NCBI RefSeq assembly: GCF_037042905.1
Contig: NC_087251.1
Location: 30,320,001 to 30,384,000, forward strand
DNA from: Lytechinus pictus
Lineage: Eukaryota
Direction: 5' to 3'
Length of the DNA: 64,000 bases
Part shown: positions 12,858 to 26,113 of the stretch, one piece after another
Layout: every line of letters begins with the position of its first letter
Position numbering within the stretch: the stretch's first letter is position 1
Notes under the pieces: generated by a model
What the model saw: the letters and a program-made list of their open reading frames with translations, nothing else
Told to the model about the DNA's origin: nothing
The model's database searches: none
Program-made: the position numbers and the translations under genes

Positions 12858-13535
12858 TTAAAATCTTATATAATATGATTAGGATCTTGGATGAAGTTTT
12901 TGAAAATGATTATTGTTTAATAGATGTTATGGTTAGTATGAGAATATTTTGGGCTGGACAGTTGGAGGAACATCATAAACTCCATTAATGAAACAATACA
13001 GAACAGTGTGCATAAGGTTTCAGAATATGTAAAACATGTGTTATTTAATCTTTTAAGTTGAATATATTTCTGTGGTCGCAAGAGATTTGAATTAGGCAGA
13101 TTCACCTGTGGTTATCCCTTCCAAATAAAGTTACATTTTTTTATTGGTCAGAATTAGCATATGGGTCTTGCAGCTTGGCTGTCGGTCTGATGGATTGTCA
13201 ATCTTTCTTGCAACAATTTTATTTTTGAGGCAATTCTTGTGAAAATGTCTTATGTTGAATGGGAGCTAGATTTTTCCATCAATAAACTGCTATTTTAATT
13301 AATATCCTTGTATAACATAATGTTGATAGGGTGCAAATTTAATCACTTTTTTATATTTCTTTTTTTTATATCATTTATGTTTTTATTAATAAATCATAAA
13401 CATACAACTTTTTTATATTTCTTTGTTTGGATAAAATTATTTTCTTGCCAGCAAATGTATTTGTATTATAGCATTGCGCTGTCTGGATTTGTTGTTGAAC
13501 ACAATTTTTTTTTCTTTATTGTTATTCCTACACAG

Positions 13536-13593
13536 AACACTGTCAGAAGAGGATATTGACACTCACTTAGTTGCCATTGCAGAGAAGGATTAA
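13536..13593 (+). CDS. PSMA6: PSMA6 terminal coding exon
   Basis: cacag|A; TLSEEDIDTHLVAIAEKD* (TAA 13591-13593), matches the alpha-6 C-terminus. Confidence 0.96.
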
Positions 13594-14876
13594 CCGTCAA
13601 ATCCAGTAGCATGATTATTCCAAAATTTTCCAGGATTTCAAAGGCAGAGATGATCCAAAATATTTCAGAAATTCAAACGTCATTGTTACATTTGGAAAGT
13701 GGAAAACCAGTTTTTAATTAACTTTTTCATTCCAATATTTTGAGAGAAATCTGCTCTCGAAACAGAAATGTCTTACATGATTGCCATGTTAGGCAATGAT
13801 GAACTGTGAGGTCCTCAGTGTTTGTTATTATTTTATGTACAGAGCAGAATGGTCTGTAAACAGAGTACACTACTACACATAGTGATACATATTTGTAAGT
13901 ATTTGATACATTTATAATTCAAAATTGAGAAAATTTCATGCCAAGAAAATATGATTATAATCATATCTGATAAGTATTTTTTTAATGTATCATGTAAAGG
14001 TACTTTTCTGTAAAATGATAGAAACTTATAGATTAATGGACCTGAGCAAATGCTGAAATACTTTTTCAGACACACAAATATATAGATGAAATTTGCACAT
14101 GTGTAATTTGATCTACTGAAAGAATACATTTCCTATTACAACAAACTTCCAGCGATATCCGTATCAGATGTTTTGATTAAATTTTTATCTTTGCCTTTGA
14201 AATTCTGCTTTTGTACATTAGGTTAGTACTTTCTGTTCACACTGACATAGTCAGTGGAGATAATCTTTGTGTATTGTCTGTTATGCCTTGTTTAAATTTG
14301 TGATCATCAGACCATGGACTAGTCTGTGATTTTTTGGTGGCAACGTAGGTGGCAACAGGCTATGATTTTTGCATTTACATTATTCATGGCCTTTGTACAA
14401 TTTCATGTATTTGGCATTGTGTATGCCAGATCCAAAGTCATACAGGGGCCCTAGTGTGATGGTACGATGTACCTGAGCTGATTGTACAACAACCCTACGC
14501 TGTTCATAGGTTATCCGTTCAATAGACCATGGCCTCGTAATGATCATATAATGCACCTATGATGTACGTAAGGGCTTTGATCCTGTAATTTAGAAAGTTA
14601 TCTCCATGCTGGACTGAATCGTAGTCCCTATGATAATCTTGAATCTTTACAAACATTGTACAATCATCGGATGCTAAAGGAGATGGTATGATTAGAAGGT
14701 TACAATCATCCTATGGACCCCATGCAATGATTGTAGACCAACTGTAAATGGGGCATTTTTGTTTTTGACGATGAATAGCCAAAATATATGATTAATTGAA
14801 TACTGTTCAGGATTTTCTTTTCTTGACTGTCACACTAATTTTTTTCAGTCGGCAACTAACAAAATCATAAAGCTGG

Positions 14877-14882
14877 AATAAA
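14877..14882 (+). promoter_or_regulatory. Candidate PSMA6 polyadenylation signal
   Basis: AATAAA ~1.3 kb after the stop, followed by a T/GT-rich tract; an ATTAAA at 14176 is an alternative. Confidence 0.3.
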
Positions 14883-16346
14883 TTTTTTTTTGTTAATATG
14901 TGAGGCAAGCAGCCCGCATTCCAGTTGAAATGTAGATTATTTTGAAGTGATATTTGGGGCAAACTTGAATCGAATGGTCCCCTAGATTCTTCATGGCATT
15001 ACCTGTGAAGCAAGAGAAATTCAGAATGCTATTCATACATGTATAAGCCTAAATATGCAGATATTCATTTACTGCATTTGAGGAAATGGCCATGCAACAA
15101 CACTGTCACAGTTACTCAGATTTTGATTTCACAGTGTATTTTGAATACCAAGAAATCCTCTCGATTTAAGAAATCAAGAAAATATGAAATTAATCTGTTC
15201 ACTCGTGCATCTTGGTAGTTGAATATCAGACAAGTTGTTGGATAGGGCAAGTTTTCATTATATTGTTTATTTAAAAACAAATAAATGTACAATTTCATCA
15301 CTCATATACAATGTCGATTGTTGTTTTGCTTATTTTCTGGCATTGAATGTCATTCTAGTCTGGTTGCCATGGTGTCTGCATCCATACAATCTTGTTTTGA
15401 ACAATTTTTTCATACATTGATTGCTGGACTGCATTCAGGATTAAAACAAGGATTGAAACAAGATGATTACCGGTAGATAAACTTCCCCTGCTGCATCCTA
15501 TACAATGTGTATCAAAATAAAGGCAATCCGAATGTAGACTGCTGATATGAGATATTCACTGATTATCGCAATTTACATTTACCAGAATGTGATAGAGCTA
15601 CTCTTTATCCATTTACTGATACCTTATTTGTATCACTGAGACTGCATGGCTGAATGAATTAATTTGGAGGACAAGAGCTACCAGATACCATTTTACCCAG
15701 CTTTAGTAACCGCCCTTTCACACGGTAAAAAAAAATCATAATTTGACTGATGATTCAAGTGAAAAATAAAATTTTTAGCACGTGTGAAACCAAACTAGAA
15801 TCACAAATGCTAATCACAATCACAAATTCTACTCCGGAGGTGATTTCCAGTTAAGTTTCACACAAATTACGGTACAAATTTTACGTGTGAAAGGCTTGAC
15901 CTTCAAAACATCTTCTTTTTTTTTGGGGGGGGGGCGGAGCTTACGTGTTCTTTCAAGCACTTCTATAGACGGAAGTGCACTCATGTACTATCGATGCAGT
16001 GCTTTGATTAACAAGTCACCAAGGACACATACCGCCTTCGCTCGAGAATTCGAATTCAACTCAATTCGAGTGAGCATGTGAAAGGTGTGATGATTCTAAA
16101 GACGAATTACAATTATCAGTACAATGATGAAGAGGGTAGGCGTCGATGTGCCAGCACTTCTTTATATAAAAAGCCTACTCTTCCATTCCCAGGGGGGTTC
16201 AAAAAAGTGGCGTTACTTTGTTGCAGAAATATTTTTTTGCCTCAATGGGGCTAAACATTGCGAATTTTCCTATTAAGAGGGAAAATGGGCAAAAGGTGGG
16301 GTGACTTCAGCAGCCCCTGAATTGAGCAGGGTTGATGTGCCAGCAC

Positions 16347-16908
16347 TTTTTATACACCCGTCCTAGACGAGACGTATTATGGTATCATGCTCGGTGTCCG
16401 TCTGTCTGTCCGTTAACTTTTCCTTGTAAACGTGGTAACTTCAGTGTGACTTAACCTAGGCTCATATAATTTGGTGTGTATGATACTAGCATGAATCCCA
16501 GGAAGCCTATTGATTTTGAGGTCCAAAGGTCAAGGACTTGCACAGTGACATGTTTTCATCTTACACTTCTGAAGTCCTTGTAAATGCGATAACTTCAAAT
16601 TAAGTTAACCTAGGCTCATAATTTGGTGTGTATGATACTAGCATGGATCCCAGGAAGCCTATTGATAGGTCAAGGTCACATTGATATGTTTTTATCTTAC
16701 CCTTCTGAAGTCTTTGTAAATGCAATAATCTAGGCTCATATAATTTGGTGTGTATGATACCAGCATAGATCCCAGGAATTCTATTGATTTTGAGGTCAGA
16801 TAGTCAAAGGTGAAGTCGCCACCTTCCACTTTTCTTGCTTGACCAATAACTCCATTTTCCGCTTTACAGGCGGGCGTATTATGTGCTCACCTTAGTGACA
16901 CTCTTGTT
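16347..16908 (+). mobile_element. DINE-1/HINE-like element, second family
   Basis: T-run, sub-TIR ATACACCCGTC / GGCGGGCGTAT, (GTCY)n microsatellite, three tandem cores, 3' hairpin region tgtgctcaccttagtgacac, ends in TT. Confidence 0.75.
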
Positions 16909-16979
16909 TAATCATGAACAGGATGAGTATCTTACCAAACAATGCAAATGTAATGCGTTGAAAATGTTTTATTATATAG

Positions 16980-17520
16980 TAGTCCAGGATAGGCCCCATA
17001 GAAAATTGACTAAACCTTGTTTTTTCATATAAACAATATTTTTTGATGATTTCTTGTCAATTCGAGGGTGCTGATTACGAATCTGAATGATGCCACTCAT
17101 GGTACCTTGAGCATTTTCCGCAAATTGGCAAAATCAAATATGGCCGCCAAAATATGTAAATTGCCCTTAAAAATCATAAAATTGCCCGCACATTGGTTAT
17201 AAAATGTATGTATTTGTGTTGCAGGAGTGAAATATTCTCTGAAAAAACGATTTTTGACATAAAAATATTTTCTAGATATTCAAAATGGCCGCCATAGACC
17301 CCTGTATTCTATATTATGTACAATATGAATGGGGAAAACAAAATTTCACAAAAGTGAGCACTAAATGCAATTAATTGTGATTTTTAGTGAAATAATGGAT
17401 GAAAATATTACTGCTAACGAAATGTTTAATTTGTTATGTCATGTATGTAATAAATGATGCATTTTAATATTCAAAAAGCCACCAATGCCCTGACAGTATT
17501 ATGTACAATGTTAAAGCTCG
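16980..17520 (+). mobile_element. Left end of an Academ-like element
   Basis: Begins TAGTCCAG (same as right terminus of 26114-30544 element); AAAATGGCCGCC motifs; units related to 31330-33200. Confidence 0.5.
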
Positions 17521-18447
17521 TGGATAGTGTTGGTAAAGGATACAAAAATTCCAGTTGAATGAATCTTTTTTGTTGAATAACAATTGCTGATAATAAATCA
17601 ATGTGAAAGTGACAAAATTTCATCTTGGAAATATCAAAATTTTAAATAAACTCTGAGAAATAAAATCAATTTCCTCGGCTGAATTCACTGACAATTAGCT
17701 GAATTTATGCGCACCGATATAGCGCCCACTTTCGTCCACTACTGATTGTTTTCCCCTGTTCGTCGATCGGTATTCCGTTCCACTTTTAGCAAACCGAAAT
17801 ATCCCTGCGAGCGTAGTCTGCTAATTCCGTATATATGCTCGTCGGTTATTGTTATAGCATGACTTCCGTCGAGTTTCTCCCCCGGCGGCGAGTTCTGCGA
17901 GGAGCGCAGGCGACCATAACGTTGCGTTAGATTGGTTAGAGAATAAAAAAAAAAACATGGGGACTGACTTACCCTTATGCTGTCCCTCTAACCTGTAGTT
18001 CACATGTTACTCTAGTTTTTTTTTAGGTTCACGAAAACGTACTGGAGATGTTTCTGTCAAAATTTTGGCTACAAATTTCCACGTGCGACAAGATTAGTTC
18101 ATTGGCTGAACTATGGAGAGGATTGATTGAAATTACGGTATACAACTACTGCATGCTGCATGCACTGGGCGATGCGATGGACAGTGGCCACGCTCGCTCA
18201 GCTCGGCCTCCTGACATTACCATCATACACATTTTTTGCCTGTACAACGATTGTGTTCATGTCTTTCACGTCATATTTCAGCGCATGCATTGGGGAAGGG
18301 AAATTTGGAAATGGGGAAAAGGGAGAAAAGAAAGAGAGGGAAAGATAAAGAAAAAGAGTAATGTTTTGATCATGGGCAAGATTCGTATATCTAATTGCTA
18401 CTGCAAATGCGAAGCACGAGTAGAATTTTTTAAATATATGTTTGGCC

Positions 18448-18742
18448 CATTAGCGTATACCTACGGGGGGCCGGGGCAGAGGCCAAGAGGGGGGCAGACT
18501 GCCCCCCCCCCCTGACGAGTCACAACCCATGCAAGGAACGTATCCTCCCCCCCCCCCCCCGCAAGTGGCCTGTTCCTGTGAACTTGAAGACCTTTTTTTT
18601 CTTCTTTCTTTTATGCTTGTCAATTTTTTTTTCTGGTACAAATTCCTTTATTTGTGTTTGAAGTCCTTTTTTTTGCTCGTCAAATTTTTGGGCGGACGAA
18701 TTTGCCCCCCACCCCCCTGGGAAAATCCTAGGTAAGCCACTG
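18448..18742. mobile_element. hAT-like MITE
   Basis: CATTAGCGTATACCTA.. / ..TAGGTAAGCCACTG; same family as 24028-24414. Confidence 0.65.
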
Positions 18743-18747
18743 TTCTG

Positions 18748-18893
18748 GGGCCCGTTGCAGAAAGAGTTGCAATCAATCGCAACTCAAAAAAATCACGCGC
18801 AATTTGATTTTCGACCAATCAACAACGCGCATTTGGGACTTGCGCATGATTTTTAGAGTTGCGATTGATTGCAACTCTTTCTGCAATGGGCCC
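18748..18893. mobile_element. PIF/Harbinger-like MITE
   Basis: GGGCCCGTTGCAGAAAGAGTTGCAATCAATCGCAACTC nearly perfectly inverted at the other end; CTG TSD. Confidence 0.85.
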
Positions 18894-18899
18894 CTGGCC

Positions 18900-20005
18900 T
18901 GATAAACAAGGGACCTGCTTGTAGTTTCCATGAAGACGATACATTCTTGTTGGCCTATTTCAACAATCGAATAATGTGAGCACGAAGTGCGAGCTGAGCT
19001 TTGGAAATTCCAACCAAGAAAATTGATATTCTAAGCAATTTTTGTAATCCTGAACTACTAAACACTAAAAAAATACGAGCGCGAAGCGAGATGGGGAAAA
19101 TTTTGAGATTTAGAGCTAAAAACGGGACTGGACACTATTCATGTTTTGTAATTCGTGAAGATGGGTAATTAGGCATCTTTCACATTTATAATGCGAGCGC
19201 GAAGTGCGAGCAGAATATTGTTTATATTATAATCTCAATTAATATAAGCACTATTTCAATCACTAAAAATGAAAATTGGATGTGGATTGCATTCAATAAA
19301 ATGATTCGAGCCTGTGAGCGCGAGCTGATATTTTTGTAAAATTATTTTGACCTAGGACGGGGATATTCTAAGGACATTTTGTCATCATAATGAAAATGGT
19401 AATTATCTACCTATTAAAGCGCGAGATGAAACTTGTCGACATTCTATTCTGAAAAAAATACAATATAGTAATTAGCAATTCATGAAAATGTTCTTATCTT
19501 ATTTGTTACTCTAATAACTAATAAGCCCGATGAAAGCGAGAAATTTGTTAATATCAAGTTCTGACAACTGGATATTGTAAGCATTGTATTTATGAATAGA
19601 AGATATTGGTTGATATAATCTTTAACAATTAATGCGAGCGCAAATCAAGAACCGATTTTATTTTAATTGTCTTTTGACAATCATGTGATAGGTTTTGACA
19701 ATCAGACCTGAATATGAATATTTTTGAGAATTCATTGAATATACGAAGACTAGGGTACTTGACAAATAATGCGAGCGCGTAGCGGGAGCTGCATTGATAC
19801 TTGGACCATAAAACGGACTATGGCTGCACATAATAAAAATCAATTTATAAATCAAACAATAATGACAGCTCGCCTTGTTTTATTCACTTGTCTTCTTCCC
19901 CCTTTTCTCCTCTCTTTTCCCTTTTCCTTTTTTTTTTTTACTTTCCTTTTTTTTTGCTCCGCCACTACGGGGACCCGGGAACTTCGCCCCCTGGATCCGC
20001 CTATG
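18900..20005. mobile_element. hAT-like non-autonomous element with GCGAGCGCGAAGCGCGAG array
   Basis: Motif recurs at ~100-120 bp spacing; right terminus CTGGATCCGCCTATG. Confidence 0.55.
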
Positions 20006-21877
20006 AGATAGCGATAAAGCTGAATTTAAAAAAAGGAAGAGAAGGGATTAAGGAAAAGTGGAATTAGGCATATAAGAACACGTCCAGGTTGACGATCGAG
20101 GATTACAAAAAAAAACGAACGGGAGGAAAAAATGTGATGCCGTACATGTATGTGCCACGAAGTCTAAATCAGCTTGCTAATTTTTAATGTAATAACGATC
20201 GTAAAACCCTGCTGAATTTCGAAGAGGTTTCGCGGAGATACCATACAAGCATTAACATATCCTAGATAATGTTAAATCCTAGCCAAAGAATTTGGGGGCA
20301 CGCCCCCCCCCAATTTTCGCTTTCATCGCGGTGTATGTAAAATAACATGGGTGTCCAGTGTCGGTCTTTACGGGGTTGGAGGAGATTGGATAACTGACAC
20401 AATTAAGTTTGGTCCCTGAAAGTTTTTTTTTTTACATTTAGGCCTATTTTTACTTGTAATTTATTATTATTGTTATCATTACTTTTTTTGAGGGGGTGGT
20501 CAGTAGCACTACCAGTTTAAAATTTTAAGAGGGGACAGAATTGCATAAAGGATAAAATTATTACTAGAAAAGCTGCAGGCGAGCAATTTTTTTATCACCC
20601 TTCAATACAAAAATCTAACTTTGTGATAGATTTTGACGTGATACATATCTCTTTATCATTCTTTTCTCTTCAATGGGGAGGGGGTTCCAAGTCACCAGGA
20701 GGGGGGGGGGGTGTGAGCTATGCTCACAAGGACTGCATAAGTTTATGCAAGCGCGACGAGCGAGTTTAGATGCTACCATTAGATTGCCATTATGATTCAT
20801 TAAAAAGTATGATGATCAAAGGGAGATCGACACCCCCCCCCCCTCCCCGAACCCTGAGCAATTCCTGGAGGGTATTGAAGGAGCAGGAGAAAGAAAATGG
20901 GGAAAGGGGGAGTAAGGCGTGTGCATGTGCGTAAATGGATCTCAATTTATTTGAAAGGGGGGGAAATGGGTTATTCATAGTTTGTTCTAGGTGTTGTTTT
21001 TTTCGTACAGTAGTGTAATTTTAGTGTGAACAGATGTATATGGAAATTCATAAAATATGTTATTATGAAAAATGAAATTTAAATATATTGTGTTGTGTAT
21101 GTTTTGTATATATTGCCATTGTTATAACAGATTCTAACTCGAGCTCCTTTTTTCTATTCTGCGGTGCTATATTTTTATTCAGTACCATCGGCATTCTCGC
21201 TTCGCTTGCTTAATTTCATTCTCACAAAAAAAGTAAGTGCAATATTTTTATTTTTCAGATTACCTTTCAACCTTCAGCTACCTTCAACCACTTTAGAAAA
21301 ATAATGTGAAGCGGATATTGATCGCACTTACTTACTAAATTTGTGAACGCAAAGCGCGAGCTAATATTTTTGCAATATGAATTTAGAACTTTTCTTGTAA
21401 TCATGAAGAGAATGTGTATCGCTGAATAAAAAGAAGATAATTAATATTCGAGTGGCGAGAATAATTTGTGCATATTGACTAGACTTGAAAATTAATATTT
21501 TAGGGCAGTTGATATCCTCTTGAACATGTTGAACATATTATTACCCCGCTCAAGTCAATGCGAGCGCGAAGTGTAAGCAACGTTTTTAAACGTTTTTTTT
21601 TACATTATGGCCTGATTTCCTTCTTTATTTTCTTATCATCCCCTCCCCAGTTTTATTACACTTTCTTCCTTCTTTTATCATTTTCTTCCCTTACTCCTTT
21701 TTTCATTCCTCGTTCTTTTCTCTTTTACCTCCTTTTCCGCCGCCAACAGAGGTAGGGGGTTGCCCGCGGCCGCTTCGACCCCATGGATCTGCATGCCTTG
21801 CCTATGCATGTACATCTTTTAGCACAATTCTGAATGATCCCGTCTTCATTACAGAACATTTTTACTTTGAATATTTA

Positions 21878-22823
21878 CATAGGCGGATCCAGGAAGGGGG
21901 GCGAGGTGCTTGCCCCCCTTGGCGGAGCAAAAAAAAACTGAAGAAAAAGGTTGAAAGAAAGAAAGTTGAAAAATAAGGGGGAAAAGAGAGAAGAAAAAGA
22001 AATAAAAGGAGGCGAAAGAATAAAATAAGATGAGTGGACGACTTTGAAAATAAAACAAAATATCAGCTTTTTATTAAGTGCGATCAATATCCACCAAGCA
22101 ATTTTCCACCAAAGTACTTGAAACACAGAGCTTAGATGGACCCTTATTTTCATTTCAGATTTCCAAAGGTTTTCTGCTCGCGTTTGGCGCGCTCGCTTTA
22201 TTCATGTAGAAAGATTCCCAATTATTCATCCTTTTCATGATTTACAAAACATGAAAAATGTGTCCCGTTTTAGGCTAAATCTCGATTTTTTACGCTCACG
22301 CTTTTCTCACGCATCAATTGTTCAGTGATATACCTATCATGTTCACAAATTGACAAAAATAGCTTAGATTTTCCCTTCTTTAGGTAGAAATGTAAAAAAA
22401 AAATCAGCTCGCGCTTGCATGCACTATTTGATTGTTGAAATATGCAACGCATTCATGGCCAACTGCAAGTATAGTTTTTGACAGGTGGTCCCTTTTCGAT
22501 CAGATCAAAACGTATTATAATTTCTGTTCACGCTATACGCAGTAATATTAATCAGTTACATGACGTTCAGGCTCACAAACATTGCCCAGAATGTTCAAGT
22601 TTTAGGACAAAATACATTAAAAAAAAAATTAGTTCGCACTTTGCGCACGAACTAAGGCTTATGAGATTATGTTTATGATGATTTATTAAAATAAAGCTAA
22701 GAGATGCACTGTTAGGACTACCCCTTCAAATAAACATAAACAAATCAACTACGAGAGGCCGATCAGGGAAAATTTTGGGCTGACAAAATTCGCCCCCCCC
22801 CCCATCAGCGAAGGCTGCCCCTG
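21878..22823. mobile_element. hAT-like non-autonomous element with CTCGCGCTTCGCGCTCG motifs
   Basis: Starts CATAGGCGGATCCAGG, ends GCCCCTG; right part similar to 53400-53925; no TSD seen. Confidence 0.5.
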
Positions 22824-24027
22824 TATCCAACATATTATTTCTGAACAGGCCTCAAGAGCTATATAGTTCTTTACTTGTGTTTCTACTTAGACTCATTAGA
22901 AAGGTGCAAATTGGAAACTTGAAACTAAGCATGCATTAAATGCCATTTTGCCAGGGTATAGGTGAACATCTTCTTTTTTTCCTTAACAATCATGGTACAA
23001 GAACGATTTATCGGTAATGTTTATGGCAATGTTCGGTCAATATCAAATTGGAATGAAAGTGTGTCAGGCAAGCACGCCAATTATAGTAGAAGATTCTTAT
23101 ACAAAATTAACGTTGTGAAGAAAGAAATAAAAAGTGGTGGAAATAGCAAACAGACGGGCCCATAATGGCCATTTTCGAACATTTAGCTCTCTTGTGCAAG
23201 ACTCTCTTACCTTGGGTAAATGAAACAGAATACATGATAAATGAATGAATTAATTAATAGATTAAAAAATGCATTAAAGTAAATAAATAAAAAATGTAAG
23301 TCCATGAGCAAATTTCAAAATATTCCTGAGTGCCCCCAGCCTGGATCCCTCAATTATATACTGTATTTTTGACCTCTGCTCTTTCTCAATTAATAAAATA
23401 TGTTGTAATTTATAAAGTTATAAAGTCAGCTCAGAGATTTTTTCATTACAAGAGATTCGTGCTTTGTTTCGTTGACAAACAAAAATTACACGTTTAATAT
23501 AGGATATAGGATATTTTACAGGAAGGTCAACTACTTGCTCAGTTTAATTTTGTCCACCCTCTGCTAAGGTGAGGTTGGGGGAGCAGTAAGCCATGTTCCT
23601 ATTCACAAGAAAGTGTGTTATTTTTTTAATGAAGAAATAACATTATTTCAATGCACTATCAATTATGATGCCGATATCACAACATTTTTTTTTTTGCTTT
23701 TCTCTCATAACAGTCCGATTGACAATATCCGGATATTTCTCCCTTTTATAATGAGGGGCGTGTACATGGCTTGTTTGTCAAGTTAGAAACGAAAAAAAAA
23801 AATGCAATAAAGTTTGTCAGACTAAAGAAATTCCCAACGACGCAATCCCATGCAGCCCCCATCCCTTCTCCATTTTTTTTTCTTTCTTTATACTAATTTC
23901 TTTCTTTCATTGCATTTTTTCTCTTCGCACCGTTCTCAATTTCACCTCCTTGTGCTTATGAATTGAAAATCAGTGCTTGTATAATGACTTGTAAATCATT
24001 GTCCCTGTTTTGTTTTTTGCACCTCGC

Positions 24028-24414
24028 CACTAGCGTATACCTAAGGGGGCAGACTGCCCCCTGATGAGTCACAACTGATCCAGGGGACATGCCCCTGTCC
24101 CCCTGACGAGTCACAACTGATCCAGGGGATATGCCCCCCCTGACGAGTCACAACTGATCCAGGGGACAGGTGCCCCCCTTTTGAGAAGCAAAATTAATAA
24201 TTTGGAATGTAAAAATGCAATGAAAACAGACGTGTGGACCCTCTTTTGAACTTAAAGACCTTATTTTTCTTTTTTTTTTGGCTTGTCAATTTTTTGTGGT
24301 ACGAAATCCTTTATTTGTGGTTGAAGACCTTTCCTTTTTTTGCTTGTCAATTCTTTTCGCGAACAAAATATCCTCCAAAAAATTTGCTCCTCTTTTGGAA
24401 AAGGTACGCCGCTG
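24028..24414. mobile_element. hAT MITE with three internal tandem units
   Basis: CACTAGCGTA / TACGCCGCTG; 8-bp TSD CACCTCGC/CACCTCGA; 3x CCCTGAYGAGTCACAACTGATCCAGGGG. Confidence 0.8.
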
Positions 24415-24440
24415 CACCTCGACCATAGTTCAATGTTTAA

Positions 24441-25015
24441 AGGTCAAGTCCACCCCAGAAAAGAATGTTAATTTGAATCAATAGAAATATCCAACAAGCA
24501 TAATTTTGAAGATTTCAACAAAATCGGATGTAAAATATGAGAAAATTATGACATTTCAAAATTTCGCATAGCGCACATTTTTCACAGAATAGTTATGCAC
24601 AACTCAATCATATGAAAATGAGAGTTGATGATGTCCGATCGATCACTTTATTTTTTTTTTATTTTTATTGTTTGAATTATATTTCAATTTTTAGAGATTT
24701 CAAAATAATAAGGACCAATTACTTGACTGAACCATAGAAATATAATCCACAGCGATAATATATTAATGAAAATGTCACATACAATTAGGAGAAAATTAGA
24801 ATATTTATTTATATTTGACAAAGAATACAATTAAGTGTGTGACGTCATCATGCAGTCATACAGACCAGGATGTGCATATAACTGGTCTGTGAAATTTGAT
24901 CATAAAAAATGTCCAACTTTCTTTTTTTACATCCGATTTTGATGAAATTTCCAGTGCTTGTTGGATTTTCCTTTTTAATCAAATAAACTTTTTGTTGGGA
25001 TATGGACTGATCGTT
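24441..25015. mobile_element. Kolobok-like non-autonomous element
   Basis: TTAA|AGGTCAAGTCCACCCCAG; internal inverted motifs (aaaatcggatgtaaaa / ttttacatccgattttg); related to 60592-61181. Confidence 0.65.
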
Positions 25016-25679
25016 CCATCGCTGTGCTTCCTAATTCATGTTTCATTTAGATACAAAACTAGAAGTTATATAGTAGCAGATCAAATGACTCAGCTTTCGC
25101 CATATTTTTCACGTGAAAATGACCCCCTGCCCCCCCCCAAAAAAAAAAAAAACTTTATAAAAATCATAAATTTATTTCAGTCTAAAATAGAGAATGAAAA
25201 ATCCTGCACATCGATCACTAAATAATAGAGACCTAAGACTTAGTGAGACAGCTCTGCATGACAGTAACACTTTGGCGTCCCACAAAACAAATTATGGCGT
25301 CAGTGTTTCCCCATTGCCAGTTTTCGAAAGAGAAAGGTATTTGAAATATGGGCGAAAATGATGATCGCGGCTTTAGTATCGACGTTACATCCGACATGAC
25401 TTCTATATATTGCACATTGTTATTTTTTGATAGGTCTATTTATTAGTGATATAGTGGTTATTACCCCGAAATGGTCTTCATCCAATTATCGAAAAGTATA
25501 CGATCGAACTGAATTATGTACAGAACTTTATCCAATAATTAATTACAAAAAAATGAAGTTCATTACTAAATCCATAGGATTGCCAGTTTTCCGCAACTTG
25601 ACACTGACATGCTAGTTATAGGTCCATGCATGGTTTAGTTAGAGCTCGATTGAATTATCTCAGGACACGTACTCATTTA

Positions 25680-25842
25680 TACCTTGGTCACATTTGTTCT
25701 ACGGCGGCCGTACGGCGAGTTTTAACATTTTTTGTACCAGCTACATATACATGTATATAGATGGTTTGAATAAAAATGAATAAAACGACTGTTTTCGATC
25801 GACTCGCCGTACGGCCGCCGTATGACAAATGTGACCAATGTA
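25680..25842. mobile_element. PIF/Harbinger MITE
   Basis: TIR TACCTTGGTCACATTTG..TACGGCGGCCGTACGGCGAGT; TTA TSD; second copy at 56029. Confidence 0.85.
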
Positions 25843-26113
25843 TTATGAACCACTGGTCAGGAGCAATGGGTTGTAATTACATCTCCATGTACATGACCAG
25901 TGGACTGAACTCTTCATGGCCTTTTACTAGTATGCCTACACACACGAGTATATCGATATAGTAGGCCTATACAGTTCATGGTGTCATACAGTGCTGTTGA
26001 CCTTACACCATATAGCTCTATGCTTACACACACTCCGGCCTCACACACACACACAAGTAAATACAATTCCGCCAGGCCTACTGCGTACCAAGGAGCTTGT
26101 GCATACATAGAAA

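Noticed and set aside
14440..16085. Old Harbinger-like remnants (14445-14755; 15710-15897) as conserved 3' UTR structures
   Set aside because: Termini resemble MITE ends (tttcacacg / cgtgtgaaa); no evidence of function, and boundaries are uncertain.
22962..23165. 67-aa ORF in unique-looking DNA
   Set aside because: No recognisable motif or convincing splice sites.
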